Below the pieces are notes generated by a model that saw only the letters and a program-made list of their open reading frames with translations, was not told the DNA's origin and ran no database searches. A stretch of 38,008 nt of DNA from Chiloscyllium plagiosum. Lineage: Eukaryota. The stretch covers positions 1-38,008 of the forward strand of contig NW_025214008.1 of NCBI RefSeq assembly GCF_004010195.1, read 5' to 3'. Both the position numbers and the translations under genes were made by a program. Shown here piece by piece: positions 12,200 to 24,329 of the stretch; within the stretch, counting starts at the first letter, position 1, and each line of letters begins with the position of its first letter.

Positions 12200-13660
12200 G
12201 GAAAGTCCCATATTATTAGATTAACATGATCAGTCGGCACTATTACTAACACAAGGAAGGATCTGGCAAACATAGGCTGGGGGAGTGGCGGCTCGCAATT
12301 GGGTCTATATTCCGAAAGTGGTAGCATTTTAAAGTGAAACGGTAAGAATTGGGGGCCAGTGTGTTCTGCGGAGATTCAAATGCAAAGACAGCAAATCCAG
12401 TGAATACTCACAATGCGATACTGGGATTTTGGTAAAGAAAGTACAAGGTGATAAAAACAGGCATAGCCTTTCAAAAACGTGAAGAGTGCAAGGGGATGCT
12501 TTAAGATGAATGATAAAACATGATCATAAACTACCCGAGGCAGTTGCTATTGTGAAAAACCACGAGTTATTTTACTAGTATACTTAGAGTAAGAGGATTC
12601 ACAAGGAAAGAGTGGGGCCTGTTACAAACCAACTGACAATTAGTGCATGGAGTCAGACGAAATAGGTGCAGACTTAAATGAATTCTTCTCATCTGTTTTC
12701 ACACAGGAGAAACACATTGGAGGCAGTGGTTCCAGTTGGACGATGAGATTAAAAACGTGTTAAAATCAATGTGGAGGAGATACTAAATGTTGTGCATGCA
12801 TAAACTTGGAGAAATCTCCGTGGCCCAATCAAGTGTATACCATGCTGCTATGGAAGGCAACGGAAGAAATCACTGGGGCGCTGGCCAGTAAGTGGACTAC
12901 TTTGCTGGCCACAAGTAAAGTGCCGAGTGACTGGACAATAGATAATATGTTACTTTTGTTCAATAATGGCAGTAGGGATACGCCAGCTAATTACAAAGCA
13001 GGTAGTCTGACGTCAGTGAGGTTGAAAACATTTGAAAAGATTCTGAGGGACGGAATGAACCAATACTTGGAACGACAAGAATCGATTAGAGATTGTACGA
13101 ATTTGGTGGAGAGAGCTCATGTCTGATGAATTCAGTTGCGGTTTTTGGAATTATGTTAAAAATACTGATGAGGGCAATGCAAATGATGTTATTTACATAG
13201 ACTTCAGTAAGGCCCTTGGCAGCTTCTCAAATGGAAGGCTGGTCGCAAAGGTGAGAGCCAATGGGATGATTCAGGATTGGAAACCTTTGACCAGCGGTGT
13301 ATCACAGGGATCTGTGCAGGAACCATTACTGTTTATTATGTACTTTAATGATTCGGCTGTGAAAGCAGAAGGCATCTTTAGTCGGTTTGAAGATGGAATG
13401 AAAGGTGGGAGGTGTCCATAGTGAGCCGGATGGTTTCAGGCTACAGTCTGATATCGATCATATGATGAACTGAGCAGAGTAATGGCAGACGGAATACACT
13501 TCTGATAAGTATGGGTTAATGTACTGTGGTCGGTATGAGAAGTTAGCGACACACACAATGGTCAGCATGTCTTTGAGGAATAATGAGGGACACGGGGATC
13601 TTGGTGAACACATTCAATAGATCATGAATGTGACAGCACAGGTTGAAATTGTGTTGAAGA
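12200..13660 (+). mobile_element. CR1 LINE ORF2 fragment with internal deletions
   Basis: ORFs 12806-13126 (EKSPWPNQVY...KVPSDW...DTPANYK) and 13119-13421 (DVIYIDFSKAL...WKPLTSGVSQGSVQEPLLFIMYFND). Confidence 0.88.
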
Positions 13661-13699
13661 AACCAGACAGGGTGCACAGCAAGCAATGTCCCAGTGAAT

Positions 13700-15480
13700 T
13701 GCGAGAGAAATATGAGAAGACTTAGCCTTGCCTGACAGGGAAGTGGGACCCTAAGCGGTGCTAAGCACAGAAAGAAGTTTGAGGATGTTATTGAAGTTCA
13801 AGAGAACAATTTTAATAAACAAGGCAGGCAAGAACACAGCAGGCAATGAGGGAAATCTGATGCATGAAATTGCATTTGTTTCAATGCAGGTAAAGCAGCT
13901 GAACTCAGGGCAGGAGTGGAACTGGGATCTCTTAGGTATTGCAGAAACTCAGCTGAGGGAGGGACAGCACTGGCCACGCAATGTTCCAGGCGGCAGGTAC
14001 ATTGCACAATTCACAACAGTACTTTTCGAGAATATCCCTGCGGTTCATCAAGTAAAGCTATATCAGTTGATGTGTAATCTCTTGGATACGTTTGGACTAC
14101 AGTTCTGCAATATTCTGTGGGAGAATATGGAGTAAATATGTCGGGAGATCTCAGATTCCTGATCGAATAATGGGCTTATAATGGAAGGGGATTTTAACAT
14201 GCCAAACCTGGAGTGGGACTGCCATGGAGTTAAATGCTTGGATGGGATGATTTTTTTTACTGTATTCCAGAGACCTCTCTCAATTAATGTATGGATTTAT
14301 CGAAAGAAGAATGAAAGAAACCTGATCTTCTCTTGAGGAATAACAAAATGCAAGGGAGTGTGGTATTATTGGGGGATACATTGGCAAAGTGAGCAATGTT
14401 GTATTAGTTGGAAAGCAGTTATGGAAAAGGACATGACTTGTTCACAATATAAAGTTCTAAATCGGAACAAGGAGAATCTTGATAGCGTTGGACATGAACT
14501 TGTAAATGGAGATTACGTAGGCTATTTGTACATAAAGGGAAGTCGAGCACGTGGAAATGATTTAAAATGAGCAGTCAGAGTCAGCATGTTCCTGTTCGGG
14601 TTAAAGCTACTGCTGACAGAAATAGTAAGCGTTGGCTGTCTATTGAGGGTATAACCAACTGGATCACGGGAATCCCCTGACCAACATTGCAGTTGGAGGA
14701 ATACACATTGGATGGAAATCAGCAAAGCAAAAAGGGGATATGAAATACATTTGGAAGAGAAGGTAATGGATAATTCGAAGAGACATTGCAAGTGTATTCG
14801 GTGCTAAAGAATAACGAGTGAGAGAATAGGTGCGGTTAATGATCAGCAAAGCCATCGATACTTGGAACCACAAGATCCTAAACTTAAATTGTACTTCAGA
14901 ACGTACTACAGTGAAATATTGGGGACCTCAGGGAACTAAACAGTGATTGTTTTGACCACTATTGGAAAACAGTGTGCAATATTGGTCTCTCTGCCACAGG
15001 AAGGATTTAGACATACTCGGAAGTGTTCAGAAAAGATTATCAGCAACGTTGACAGTGTTGTTGGGTTTTATCTGTAGAGAGAGGCTGAGTGGGCCGCGGC
15101 TACTTTCACTGAGACATGGGAGGCTGAGGAATTATCTTGCGAAGACAGTTTTTTCATCATAAGTGGAATGCATAGGGTAAATAGATATTTGATCCAGAGA
15201 TTGTGGAGTCCAAATCTAAAATGCATTAGCTTTAAAGTGAGAGGGGAAAGATAGAAACGTCTCTAACGGCAAAGTGGTTCAACCAGAGTGCTGTGCACAT
15301 ATGGTTAAGCGTCCAGAGGAAGTGATGGAAACTGATAGAAATATATTTTAAAGGCATCTATATAGTCATATGAATAGGAAGGGTTTAGAGGAATATGGGC
15401 ATATATCTGGCACATGGGACTAGACACGTCATGGGCGAGTTGGACCTAAGTTCTTTTTCTGTGCTCTACATCTCTGTGAC
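13700..15480 (+). mobile_element. CR1 LINE: endonuclease-start region joined by deletion to the ORF2 C-terminus and 3' UTR
   Basis: WNWDLLGIAETQLREGQHWPRNVPG (APE endonuclease N-terminus, ORF 13758-14135); ENSVQYWSLCHRKDLDILGSVQKRL (14962-15162); 3' tail GTGCTCTACATCTCTGTGACTC ~15461. Confidence 0.8.
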
Positions 15481-15489
15481 TCGATGCCT

Positions 15490-16310
15490 TGAGGTGAGTC
15501 CACATTACGGAAAAGGAGATTCTGGAGCATTTAAAACATAAATAAATACCCAGATCCTGATCAACTATATTTTAGGACATTGTGGGAAGCGAGGGAAAAA
15601 AAGAGGGGTCTGCATTAGAAATATATTTATGATTGTTAGCTATGGGTGATGTGTTCGACGACTGGAGCGTGACATAGTGGACAGCCGAGGGTTTTTTCTG
15701 CAATTATAAATGTTTGTAAATGAAATAACTGACAAATGGCGATGCAGTTTCAGTCTGTTGAATATAGGATATTGGAAGTCATGTTAAAATTGCTAAGTTC
15801 TCTTCTACATTACTGCATCAAGTTCTCGTCGTCCCTTTACTGAAAGGGCATTATTAAGCTGGAGAGGATTGAGCAGAGATTTATCTGAATGTTGTTAATA
15901 TTGAATGTCTCATTTGTAAAGAACGGCTGGGTTGTCCAGGATTCTTTCAATGGACCTTACAAACGTTTGTACGATACTGGGGAATATAGACAGAGGTAAT
16001 GATATTTGACTTTTCTTGTGTCTGTGAGAGTTTCAAGACGAGAGGTCACATTTTTTAAATTAGAAAACAGATTCAAGAGAAAAAGGTATGTGGGGCAAAA
16101 TTTTACGCAGAGGATGGTTTGTATGAGGAATGAACTTCCCGATGAAGGGTGAATGTGGGTGCAGTTACAACATTTAAGAGATATTTGGATAAGTATATGA
16201 ATCCGCGAAGTTTGTATTGATATGGTGCAGGAGCAGGCTAGTAGCATGTGTTTAGTTTCAGATTATGGTCGTCATCGACCAAACGGGATGTTCTGCGCTG
16301 TAATTCTTTC
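15490..16310 (+). mobile_element. Decayed CR1 LINE fragment (heavily deleted, to 3' end)
   Basis: AAATACCCAGATCCTGATCAACTATAT (K.P.PDQ.Y) ~15545; DW.V fused to VDS.EG at ~15660; TTTTACGCAGAGGATGGTTTGTATGAGGAATGAACTTCC ~16101. Confidence 0.7.
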
Positions 16311-16324
16311 TTGCTACGAATATA

Positions 16325-17510
16325 ATGTTATGCCATTACTTAACAAAGGCTGCAATGAAAGCGAGAGAACTACAGCTGTGTCAGGCAGACTTCAGTGGTG
16401 ACTGGGTTGTTGGAGCCCTTTCTGTGATATCGGTTTAAATGTATCTGGAATGGCAGGGACTGATTATGGATAGTCGGCATGGTTTGGTGTGTGGGAAATC
16501 ATGTTGCACAAAGTTAATTTCATTTGTTGAAGATGTGACCAAGAAAATAGATGAAGGCTGAGAAATAAACGTCTTTTTTCTGGCTTCCGCAAGGCTTTCC
16601 ACAGGTTTCAGTATGGTACACTGTTGAATAGGGTTCGATCACATGGTATCAGGGAGAGGAAGTCAACTGGACACAGAACTGTCTGTACAGTACTAATGAG
16701 AAGGTAGTCGTTGAGGGTTGCCGTTCTGATTGGAGGCCTGTGGCCTGCTGTGCGCTAGAAGGATCGGTGCTGTTTCTACAGTTGTGCAAAATTTATGCAA
16801 GTGGCTTGCGTGAGAAGATACGAGTTATTGTTCCTGAGTTTGTGAATAATAAAGTTGATGTGATAGTGGGCAGTGAATGCAGTGTACAAAAGAATCGAAG
16901 ATAGAGTTTAATTCAGGCCTTGGAAATTGTTAAGAAAAAGCAGGTAGGAATAAAAGTACTAATAGTTGTGCCATGTACATCCGGGGTATTGTTGTCGAAC
17001 AGTGAGAGAACAAGGGTGCTGTTGTATTCTTCCTTGAAAGTCGTATCATAGGTGGAGAGGATTGTGAAAGCAATATTTGACGCTCTTATCTTCAATGATT
17101 TGTGTTCTTGAGTTGAAAACATTTGTAACATTGTCCTTAATATTTCATTTGGGCATAGAAAACATACGTCACGACCGTTCAAATGGCTTAAAATGAAAAC
17201 CCGCGAGGCACAAGTAAGGTGAATAGCTACTGGTAGGTGAGTTCACAACGAAAGAGCATAAACGTAAGGTGATTGAGAAAAAAAATAAAGAGGGACATGA
17301 GCGACAGCATTTTCCACAGAGGAATGAACCGCCAGAAGAAGTGATGGAACCAGGTACAATAAAAATATGTAAAAGTCATTTGCTCAGGTCCATGTTGAGG
17401 AGAAGGTTGAAGTGATATGATTCAATAGCAGGCACAAATAACTCGTTTAGTTTACGAAACCTGATCAGTAAGGATGAGAGAACTCAAAGTTCCGAGTCCA
17501 TGCTGGATGA
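16325..17510 (+). mobile_element. Decayed CR1 LINE RT-to-3' end fragment
   Basis: GATAGTCGGCATGGTTTGGTGTGTGGGAAATCATGTTGCACAAAG (S.HG.V.GKSC.T) ~16469; TTCTGATTGGAGGCCTGTG (SDWRPV) ~16724. Confidence 0.75.
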
Positions 17511-18484
17511 CTCCATGTCTCCAGTTACTGGAGGAAGATACTACCGAGATAACGCATGTTGTCGAAAGTGAACCAAGTTACAGAAATAGTTATAGTAATC
17601 TCGATTGGAGTGTGTTTCAAATATGTGGAGTATTGTCGCAGGGAGCAGGAGATTACAGAGGGAGGAAAAGCAATATGAGCCAAAATGATTGAAGACACTG
17701 GTCAACAAGAAATGCGACAGACACAGTTTGGGAGAATGACAACGGAACAGAAAGATCGCAAACATCATGACCAGCCACTCTTGGGAGGCCTGTTTTCATC
17801 TCTGTTGTCTTGATGCTCACTAAGACAGCGCAGGCATCGATGTTAAATGTAGACTTTTTACGTTGTGTTCGTACAACAGAACTTAAAGTATGAATGGCGA
17901 TTAAGTCTGCGATCTTTCTATACTGTTCTCCCCTTCAGCATTGTATCTATGTCCTGTGCTGTTCGTCGATGTTCCTAGCCATCTAATTTTTTTCTTCCCT
18001 GCTCACTGTGAATAATGTTAACGTGCTGCAGGATTTATTGAAAGCTCCAGAACGACCTGCCCTTTGCCTCTCTGGCTGCCCAAACGTCTGAAATGTGATG
18101 ATGGCTGATACACCCAGCAGTTGGGAAGTTTATTGAATCAGGAACTTTCTGATTCCGTACAGGGGAAAGGACGCAATCAGAAATTGGACTGATGCATGAG
18201 TGTTACACATGTAGAATGGAACTGAGTACCACAGGTATCTGGAAAGTCACAGTCTCCATCCCTGGTCTGTGGTACGCTGTGTCTCTGCAGACCAGAATTT
18301 GTAGCTGCAGGAGCGAGAGGTGTTGACAAAGGACTGCAAGTTGACTCACACTGTGAGGGATACGAAATAGAGAGTTATTGGGTGGTATTATCAGTTTGCA
18401 GCAAGGTTTCAGGATCAAACAATTGTGTACTTAAGAGATTGTGATTCATGGTGCCCTTGCGTGAGCAACCTGCCAGCAGTCGAT

Positions 18485-18760
18485 GTGATGGCGAAATGGT
18501 ATTATTGATAGGTTATTTACCTAGAAACTCAGCTAAAGTTCGAGGGATAAGACTAATGTCGGTCAATGACAGATTGTTGAATTTTGATTAAATGTTTCTC
18601 AAAAATGTTGTTAGCAAACAACAAATACAAATTAAGCCACTGCTGGTGTTAAAGAAAAATCCATCTAACACATTCGTGTCTTTAGCAAAGTACATTTGTG
18701 ATCAACTGGAGTGGACGTTTTAGTTTGACAACAGACACACTGCACTGTGATTGAAATCCT
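18485..18760 (+). mobile_element. Very decayed tRNA-derived SINE of a second family (not HE1)
   Basis: A-box-like GATGGCGAAATGGTATT at ~18488 and body motif AAAAATCCATCTAACACATTCGTGTCTTTAG ~18655 resembling a common shark SINE body. Recognition is from memory and the match is weak. Confidence 0.4.
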
Positions 18761-19415
18761 AGCCACGCCCACTACATCAAAGACATCTCGGAAATTACTG
18801 CCGGACTACTGAGACGTCATGGCATCATGTAAACACACAAAACCATAAGCACACTAAAACTAATGATTTTTAAATATCCGATACAGTCAAACAGCAAAAT
18901 TGATATCATTCACAAATACCGTGCATGAACTCTAACGAACATTACATTGGACAAACACGTAGAAAGCTTGCCAAAAGGATACATAAACATCAGCTATCCA
19001 CAAAATAACATGACCCTCTGACACCAGAATCCCGACATGCAGATAAGGACACCACATCGACTGGAGCAACACATCCATCCTCGGACAAGCCCAACAGAGA
19101 CACGCACTAAAATTCCTAGAAGCATGACTTTCCAACTGGAACTCTGTAAAATAAACACATTGACTTGGACATCATTTATCAACCCGTGAGAAAATGAACA
19201 GGAAATGACGTAATCGTAGGAAAAAGACATCGCGACTGGAAATGGTATTACCAATCCAAAGAAACACAAACATAAAAGTAGAAAAGCAGAAAACATCAAC
19301 AATGCTTCCTCTGGAACATCTCGGAAGATATAATCTAGTGTGGTGACAAAACGTCTGAAATGAAGCTTTTAGCTCAGCGAGCAATCCTACATTCAGAATG
19401 GTGTCCATAAATATG
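18760..19415 (+). mobile_element. Penelope-like element, GIY-YIG endonuclease region and 3' terminus (pseudogenised)
   Basis: From 18940: HYIGQTRRKLAKRIHKHQLSTK*HDPL; upstream YIKDISEITAGLLR; downstream ILGQAQQRHALKFLEA; decayed hammerhead-like GGTGACAAAACGTCTG ~19342. Confidence 0.88.
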
Positions 19416-19419
19416 CAGT

Positions 19420-19530
19420 TAACAATCACACAACACGAGGTTATAGTCCAACAGGTTTAATTGGAAGCACACGCGCTTTCGGAGCGACGCTCCTTCATCA
19501 GGTGATTGTGGAGGTTTCGATCGTAACACA
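19420..19530 (-). mobile_element. Short Penelope-like terminal fragment (same family as 10380-10470) with hammerhead-like motif
   Basis: Minus strand reads CACCTGATGAAGGAGCGTCGCTCCGAAAGCGCGTGTGCTTCCAATTAAACCTGTTGGACTATAACCT. Confidence 0.8.
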
Positions 19531-19539
19531 TTTGCCGTC

Positions 19540-20500
19540 CTAATTGCAGTCAATCAACAAGTTTATCTTCAGCGAAACCTCGAAGAGGATTACCTTTGCA
19601 TTTCATGTTTCAGAACTTTCTCCCTATTTAGAACATTATCAATGTCTCTGTTCTCTCCAGAAAAGTGAACGAGCTCAGTCTTTTACACATTGTATTCCAT
19701 CTGTCACTTCTTCCACTATTCTGCAAATCTGCCTAGATATTTATGCAGCCTCCATGGCTCCTCAGTGCAACCTTCCCCTTCAACTATTTTTGTACCATCC
19801 GCAAACGTAGACAGATTGCCCTGAGTTCCTTCATATGTGGGTGGCACGGTGGCACAGTGGTTAGCGTTGCTGCCTCACAGCGCTGGAGACCCGGGTTGAA
19901 CTCCCGCCTCAGGCGACTGACTGCGTGGAGTTTGCACGTTTTTTCCCGTGTCTGCATGGGTATCCTCCGGGTGCTCCGGTTTACTCCCACAGTCCAAAGA
20001 TGTGCAGGTCAGGTTATTTGGCCGTCGGGTTAGGTAAGGGGTAAATGTAGGGGTATGAGTGGGTTGTGCTTCGGCGGGTCGGTGTGGACATGTTGGGCCG
20101 AAGGGCCTGTTTCCACACTGTAACGTAATCTAATCTAATCTAACGGGCATTACTGTGAAAAATGCAAAATCGTAGACCTAAAACTGGCCTTTGCGAAACA
20201 ACTGCTACCCCTACCTTCCATCGTGAAAATGAAACTTTTATCCACACGCTCTAACTTTTGACAGACAGCCAATCTTCGATCAAACCTGGACCTGGCTTGT
20301 CAAACAACGCGCTCTTATCTTACTCAGCAGTCTGCTGTGCAGCTACTTGTCGATGGTCTGCTGCAAGTCCAGGTAGATAACATCCACTGGCTGTCCTTGA
20401 CCTAGCTTGCTCGCTACCTTTACAAGGAACTCTGACAGGTTTGCCAGTTATGACCTCCACTGATGAGACAATGCTACATTGGCCCTATCTTACCATGCAT
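19540..20500 (-). mobile_element. Decayed CR1 LINE RT fragment, split by a SINE insertion
   Basis: Antisense KFADGTKI (TTTTTGTACCATCCGCAAAC ~19787) and DVIYLDLQQTIDK (TTGTCGATGGTCTGCTGCAAGTCCAGGTAGATAACATC ~20347). Confidence 0.8.
19838..20143 (+). mobile_element. HE1-like tRNA-derived SINE, best-preserved copy
   Basis: Pol III A box TGGCACAGTGG (19850-19860), B-box-like GGTTGAACTCC (~19894), core CCTCCGGGTGCTCCGGTTTACTCCCACAGTCCAAAGATGTGCAGG, CR1-like tail GGGCCGAAGGGCCTGTTTCCACACTGTA, (TAATC)n end. Confidence 0.92.
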
Positions 20501-20539
20501 TTCATTGTATTCAGGAATCTCATCCTTAAATAATTCCTT

Positions 20540-21070
20540 ACAGGTGGGCTGGCGAGGTTGGGTAATTAAATGCATAAGATTAATAGAAAATGTCCTTTCT
20601 CTCTGGTGGGGGAGTCCAGAACTAGTGGGCATAAATATAGGGTGAGAGGGGAAATATAGAAAATAGACCAAAAAGACATTTTTTTGACTCAGAGTGTGGT
20701 ACGTGTATGGAATGATCTGCCGGAGGAAGGGGTTGCGTCCAGTACAGTTGCAACATCTAAAAGGCATCAGGATGGCTGAATATGAAGCGTTTGGAGTGAT
20801 ATGGGCCAGAAGCTGGCAGGAGTGACTAGGTTGGATAAGGATATTGTATCGGCATGGACGAGTTGTACCGAAGAATCTGATTCCGTGCTGTACATCTCAG
20901 TGACTCTATGACTGTATAAGTGAGATGGTCAGATCTTAGTTAATCAGTGAAACAAGGGTTACTTTGAAAAAGCAGGAAAGTACAGTGGAGCATCATCTGT
21001 GATATCATTGAATTGTGGAATATACTCGTTGGGCGAAATGACCTAATTCCCATGTTCTATAATCTCCTGG
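20540..21070 (+). mobile_element. Two adjacent CR1 LINE 3' end fragments
   Basis: GGGGAGTCCAGAACTAGTGGGCATAA, TTTTGACTCAGAGTGTGGTACGTGTATGGAATGATCTGCC, tail CCGTGCTGTACATCTCAGTGACTCTATGACT (~20883-20912); second 3' UTR GGGCGAAATGACCTAATTCC ~21031. Confidence 0.8.
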
Positions 21071-21929
21071 TCTTCACTAAATCAGTTTCAAACTCAGTGA
21101 AACATGCATAATACTTTTAATCTCGACTGTCACAAATATCCTGTACATTGAGATTATTGGAAATTTCTCAATACGCAATATTTGATGTAGAATTGGCTAT
21201 TCCCTTATTGGCTCCTTGAATGTTCTTAAAGGAAACCATTTTATATGCAGCCCATGTTTCCATCCATTACAGCCCTCATACTCCTTATTTATCCCGGCGG
21301 GGTGGAGACTGTTATCATACACAGGTAATGCATTGCCCTTGCTTCAAGTACATTCAATTTCTGCTCTTAATCATGTTTATAATATTATCATGATTCGTGC
21401 ATTTACTAAAGTCCTGCTAACGGTTGCTGCCACTTGCTCTTTCTTGGCTGCACCCAAATAGACTCCACGTTTTGAACTTCAGATCTGATTGACTCTCTCA
21501 CCAACGTATTAACGTCATAGTTTCGTCATAACTTTACGAGATCTTGTTTGGCTTTTTGACTCTTCTTCTGAAATCCAAACAACAGTTATATATTAACTTC
21601 CCATCCATGGTCATTCTGCAGCGACATGCTCCTCATCACAATTCGGTCATATTCGTTCACTTCAGTTGATGCTGTTAATTCAACTGTTTTGTTACAAATG
21701 CAGGAAGTGATAGTTTCAGTGATAGTGGGGTTAAACAATTGAGTCAAGGTCACATAGATACGGGAATGTTCATGGTTGTAAGATGTTATCAAGTTAAGGA
21801 GATTTGCTGGAACTCCATAATCCGATCAACAAGATCTCAGGCTGTGCATTTGCATCTCCAAATTATTTTCTTGCTAAAACGCATGGTCCAATCAGAATCA
21901 GTGGTTCAAATGATAACATCTGTCAGGTT

Positions 21930-24320
21930 CCACAACACATTCTCGTTCCCATCCTGCAAGCTCTATAATTCCAGCAACTATAAACTCCTGCAGGATCGAC
22001 GTCTTTTCCTACATATGTACCATCCTCCAGGCTCTGCAATCCTCCTACATCCGTAATTTACTTCCACTGAAATGATCCCCAGAAGTGCTTGAGAGAGTGA
22101 CGGAGCTTACAAACATAGGGAGCAATAGCAAGGCTGGAGGGTTTTGCAGACTTTAGGAGTTTTTTCTGCAGAAAAAGGAGGCTTCAGTAATTGTTAGTGT
22201 TCATGGTGATGAAGGAGGGTGGAGCGGTAGAAATGTATGTAGGAACATTCCATGTTTTGTAGTATGGATTTCTTTTGGGGACTGGATTCGTTTACAGAGT
22301 TAGGTAGGTTTTAAATATTGGATGATGTCATACGAAGAGAAGAATTGCTATAACAGGACGTTGATTCAGCAAATTGGGAAGTATGGAGTCTGCAAGAAAG
22401 TTCAAGCTTGAGAAGAGTTTTCTGCAATGGAGGGAGTTGCAGAAGCATCAATTGTCTCATCTAAAGCAGATGACCCAAGTTGGCAGGGCTGTTGCTGCTG
22501 GAGATGGTATCAAAGGGAGGAAGGATTGTAAAGCCACAGGAGGTCATATAACTGTGCAGAGCTGTAGGGTCGGCCAGAAGAGGAGGCAGACGTTTCCACA
22601 GATGCGGGAAAGAGTGAGATATTGTATGGAGACCAGTCGACGAATGTAGTTACTGGAGGAGTTTACATTAACAGGCTGGGTGTTAGCGACTGAAAGATTT
22701 TACATTGATAGTGTCTTCTCGGAAACGGTTTACAAAAATCACATACATTGGACGAGCTTCGACAGATCGAGAGTATCACAGGGTCCAAAGAGGACTACAC
22801 AGATCGAGATGATTGTAGTGTGTCTAGAGACTGATGGTGTTTTTGGGACTGAAAGAGGTTATGTAGGAAGGGAGGGCAGTAGGAGCTGCAGCAGTTTCTG
22901 GGTTCTTGAGGAGATGGAGCAGATTAACGAGACGGAGCGGTTTCTCCGGTAGGAATTGTTCCAGAAGTGAGGGTTGTCTGCCCTGGAAAATTCAAAGATG
23001 GGGAGGGTTTACGGTCAGGAAGAGATTACACAAATAGGAACGTTGGAAGAGACTGAAGTAGTTTTCATGAAGAAGGTTACACAGTTAAGGAGGAATATCG
23101 CGACTGAAGGTAAGTTCACAATCATGGAAGGTTGTTTTGGTAGAAGGAGCTCCAGGATAGGAACTGCAGTAAGGATTTACATGGAAACGATAGGTTGTAT
23201 TTATTGAAGAAGATGACACTGATGCGGACAATGTTACGGACAGTGGAAGAGACTCTCGAGGAGGTCACAGCGAACATGTTATGGAAAGTGGAGGAGATTA
23301 GAGACACAGGGTAGGCGGTAGGTCTGGGGCGAGCTTATACAGATCATCCGTGTTGGAGGGCTGCAGGTAGCTTATCACAATGAGATTCATCAAGACATGA
23401 TTACCTGTTTGATACAGAGCTGATCTGAGGGCATGACTGTCAAAGTTAGACAATCCAGGTGAGTTTTTGTAGATATATAAATGGTTCGAGGAGGACAAGT
23501 AGATAACAATGATTAAGAGTGTTGTAACGAATGACGAAAGTTATAGTCATAAGAAAAATTGTAAGGGCAGGAAGAGGTGACAGTCAAATAATGCTTTGTA
23601 ACGACTGTAAGAGCTGATATCGGCCAGGCTGTAGCATTTTACAGAGATAACGTGAATATTGAGGATGAGGCAAGAATAGGTGACAGGACTTTCGGAAGAT
23701 CTGAATAGAATCTTCACATCCGGCCGTATGACGAGAATCCCAGCCAGGCACAGCCCTCAACATATCCATGTAATCCTGCATTTCTCAAAAGAAACTCACC
23801 TGGCCTGCACATCCTGAACACGATGGCCAATCCACATATCTGTACATTTTTGGGCTGTTGTGGAAAATAAGAGCAATCAGATGAAATTAACACAGGCATG
23901 GTAGACTTGCGCAGTTGACAAAGGCAGTCGCTCAAGACTGGAATCGGGCCCAGCTCCCAGCGCTGCGAGGCTGAAGGGCGGACCACTGAGCCAATGTCCT
24001 ATCATGTATCTGATGAAGCAGAACATGCAGACATTGTAAAAGATCGCAAAGTTTCCGAGAGTTATCAGAACACAAGGAGGTAGTTAGGAACAGGAGAAGA
24101 TGATATAGATGTTAAACACTAGCGACACTGGAAGAGTATACAACAATAGGTAGGGCTGTGGAGTCTCTCGACAAATGCAGAGTTTGGAAGAATAGTCGAG
24201 ACTGGGGAAGTTAGTAATACTTTGACCTGAAGAACTTGCTTGAGGTTACTGGATCAGCAATGAAAGTATGGGTTGTCTGGGGTTAGAGACAGAGGTAGTT
24301 GAAGGGAATGAACAAGTGAT
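21930..24320 (+). repeat. Degenerate ~35-38 bp tandem array (copy B); first ~140 bp inverted; SINE inside
   Basis: E.g. TGTAGTTACTGGAGGAGTTTACATTAACAGG ~22645; inverted unit CATCCTCCAGGCTCTGCAATCCTCCTACATCCGTAA 22021-22056. Confidence 0.8.
23705..24000 (-). mobile_element. HE1-like tRNA-derived SINE (decayed), positional equivalent of 10988-11337
   Basis: Antisense head GGAATCGGGCCCAGCTCCCAGCGCTGCGAGGC...ACCACTGAGCCA; ATGGCCAATCCAC body. Confidence 0.8.
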
Positions 24321-24329
24321 GTTGGGAGT

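Larger units (their letters stand above)
5300..18040 (+). repeat. Segmental duplication, copy A (direct repeat of ~21810-31100)
   Basis: Colinear anchors A/B: CCTGCAGGATC 5497/21987; GGAAGATCT+SINE tail 10975/23694; CAGGCTACAGTCT 13437/25181; GAATTGCGAGAGA 13696/26425; GACCACTATTGG 14954/27893; GACTGGAG.GTG.CAT.GTGGACAG 15660/28618; ATTGAAGACACT 17688/30754; GAACAGAAAGATC 17745/30811. Confidence 0.85.

Noticed and set aside
19845..19910. tRNA gene (A and B boxes)
   Set aside because: It is the tRNA-derived head of a SINE that continues into core and LINE-derived tail; there is no full cloverleaf.
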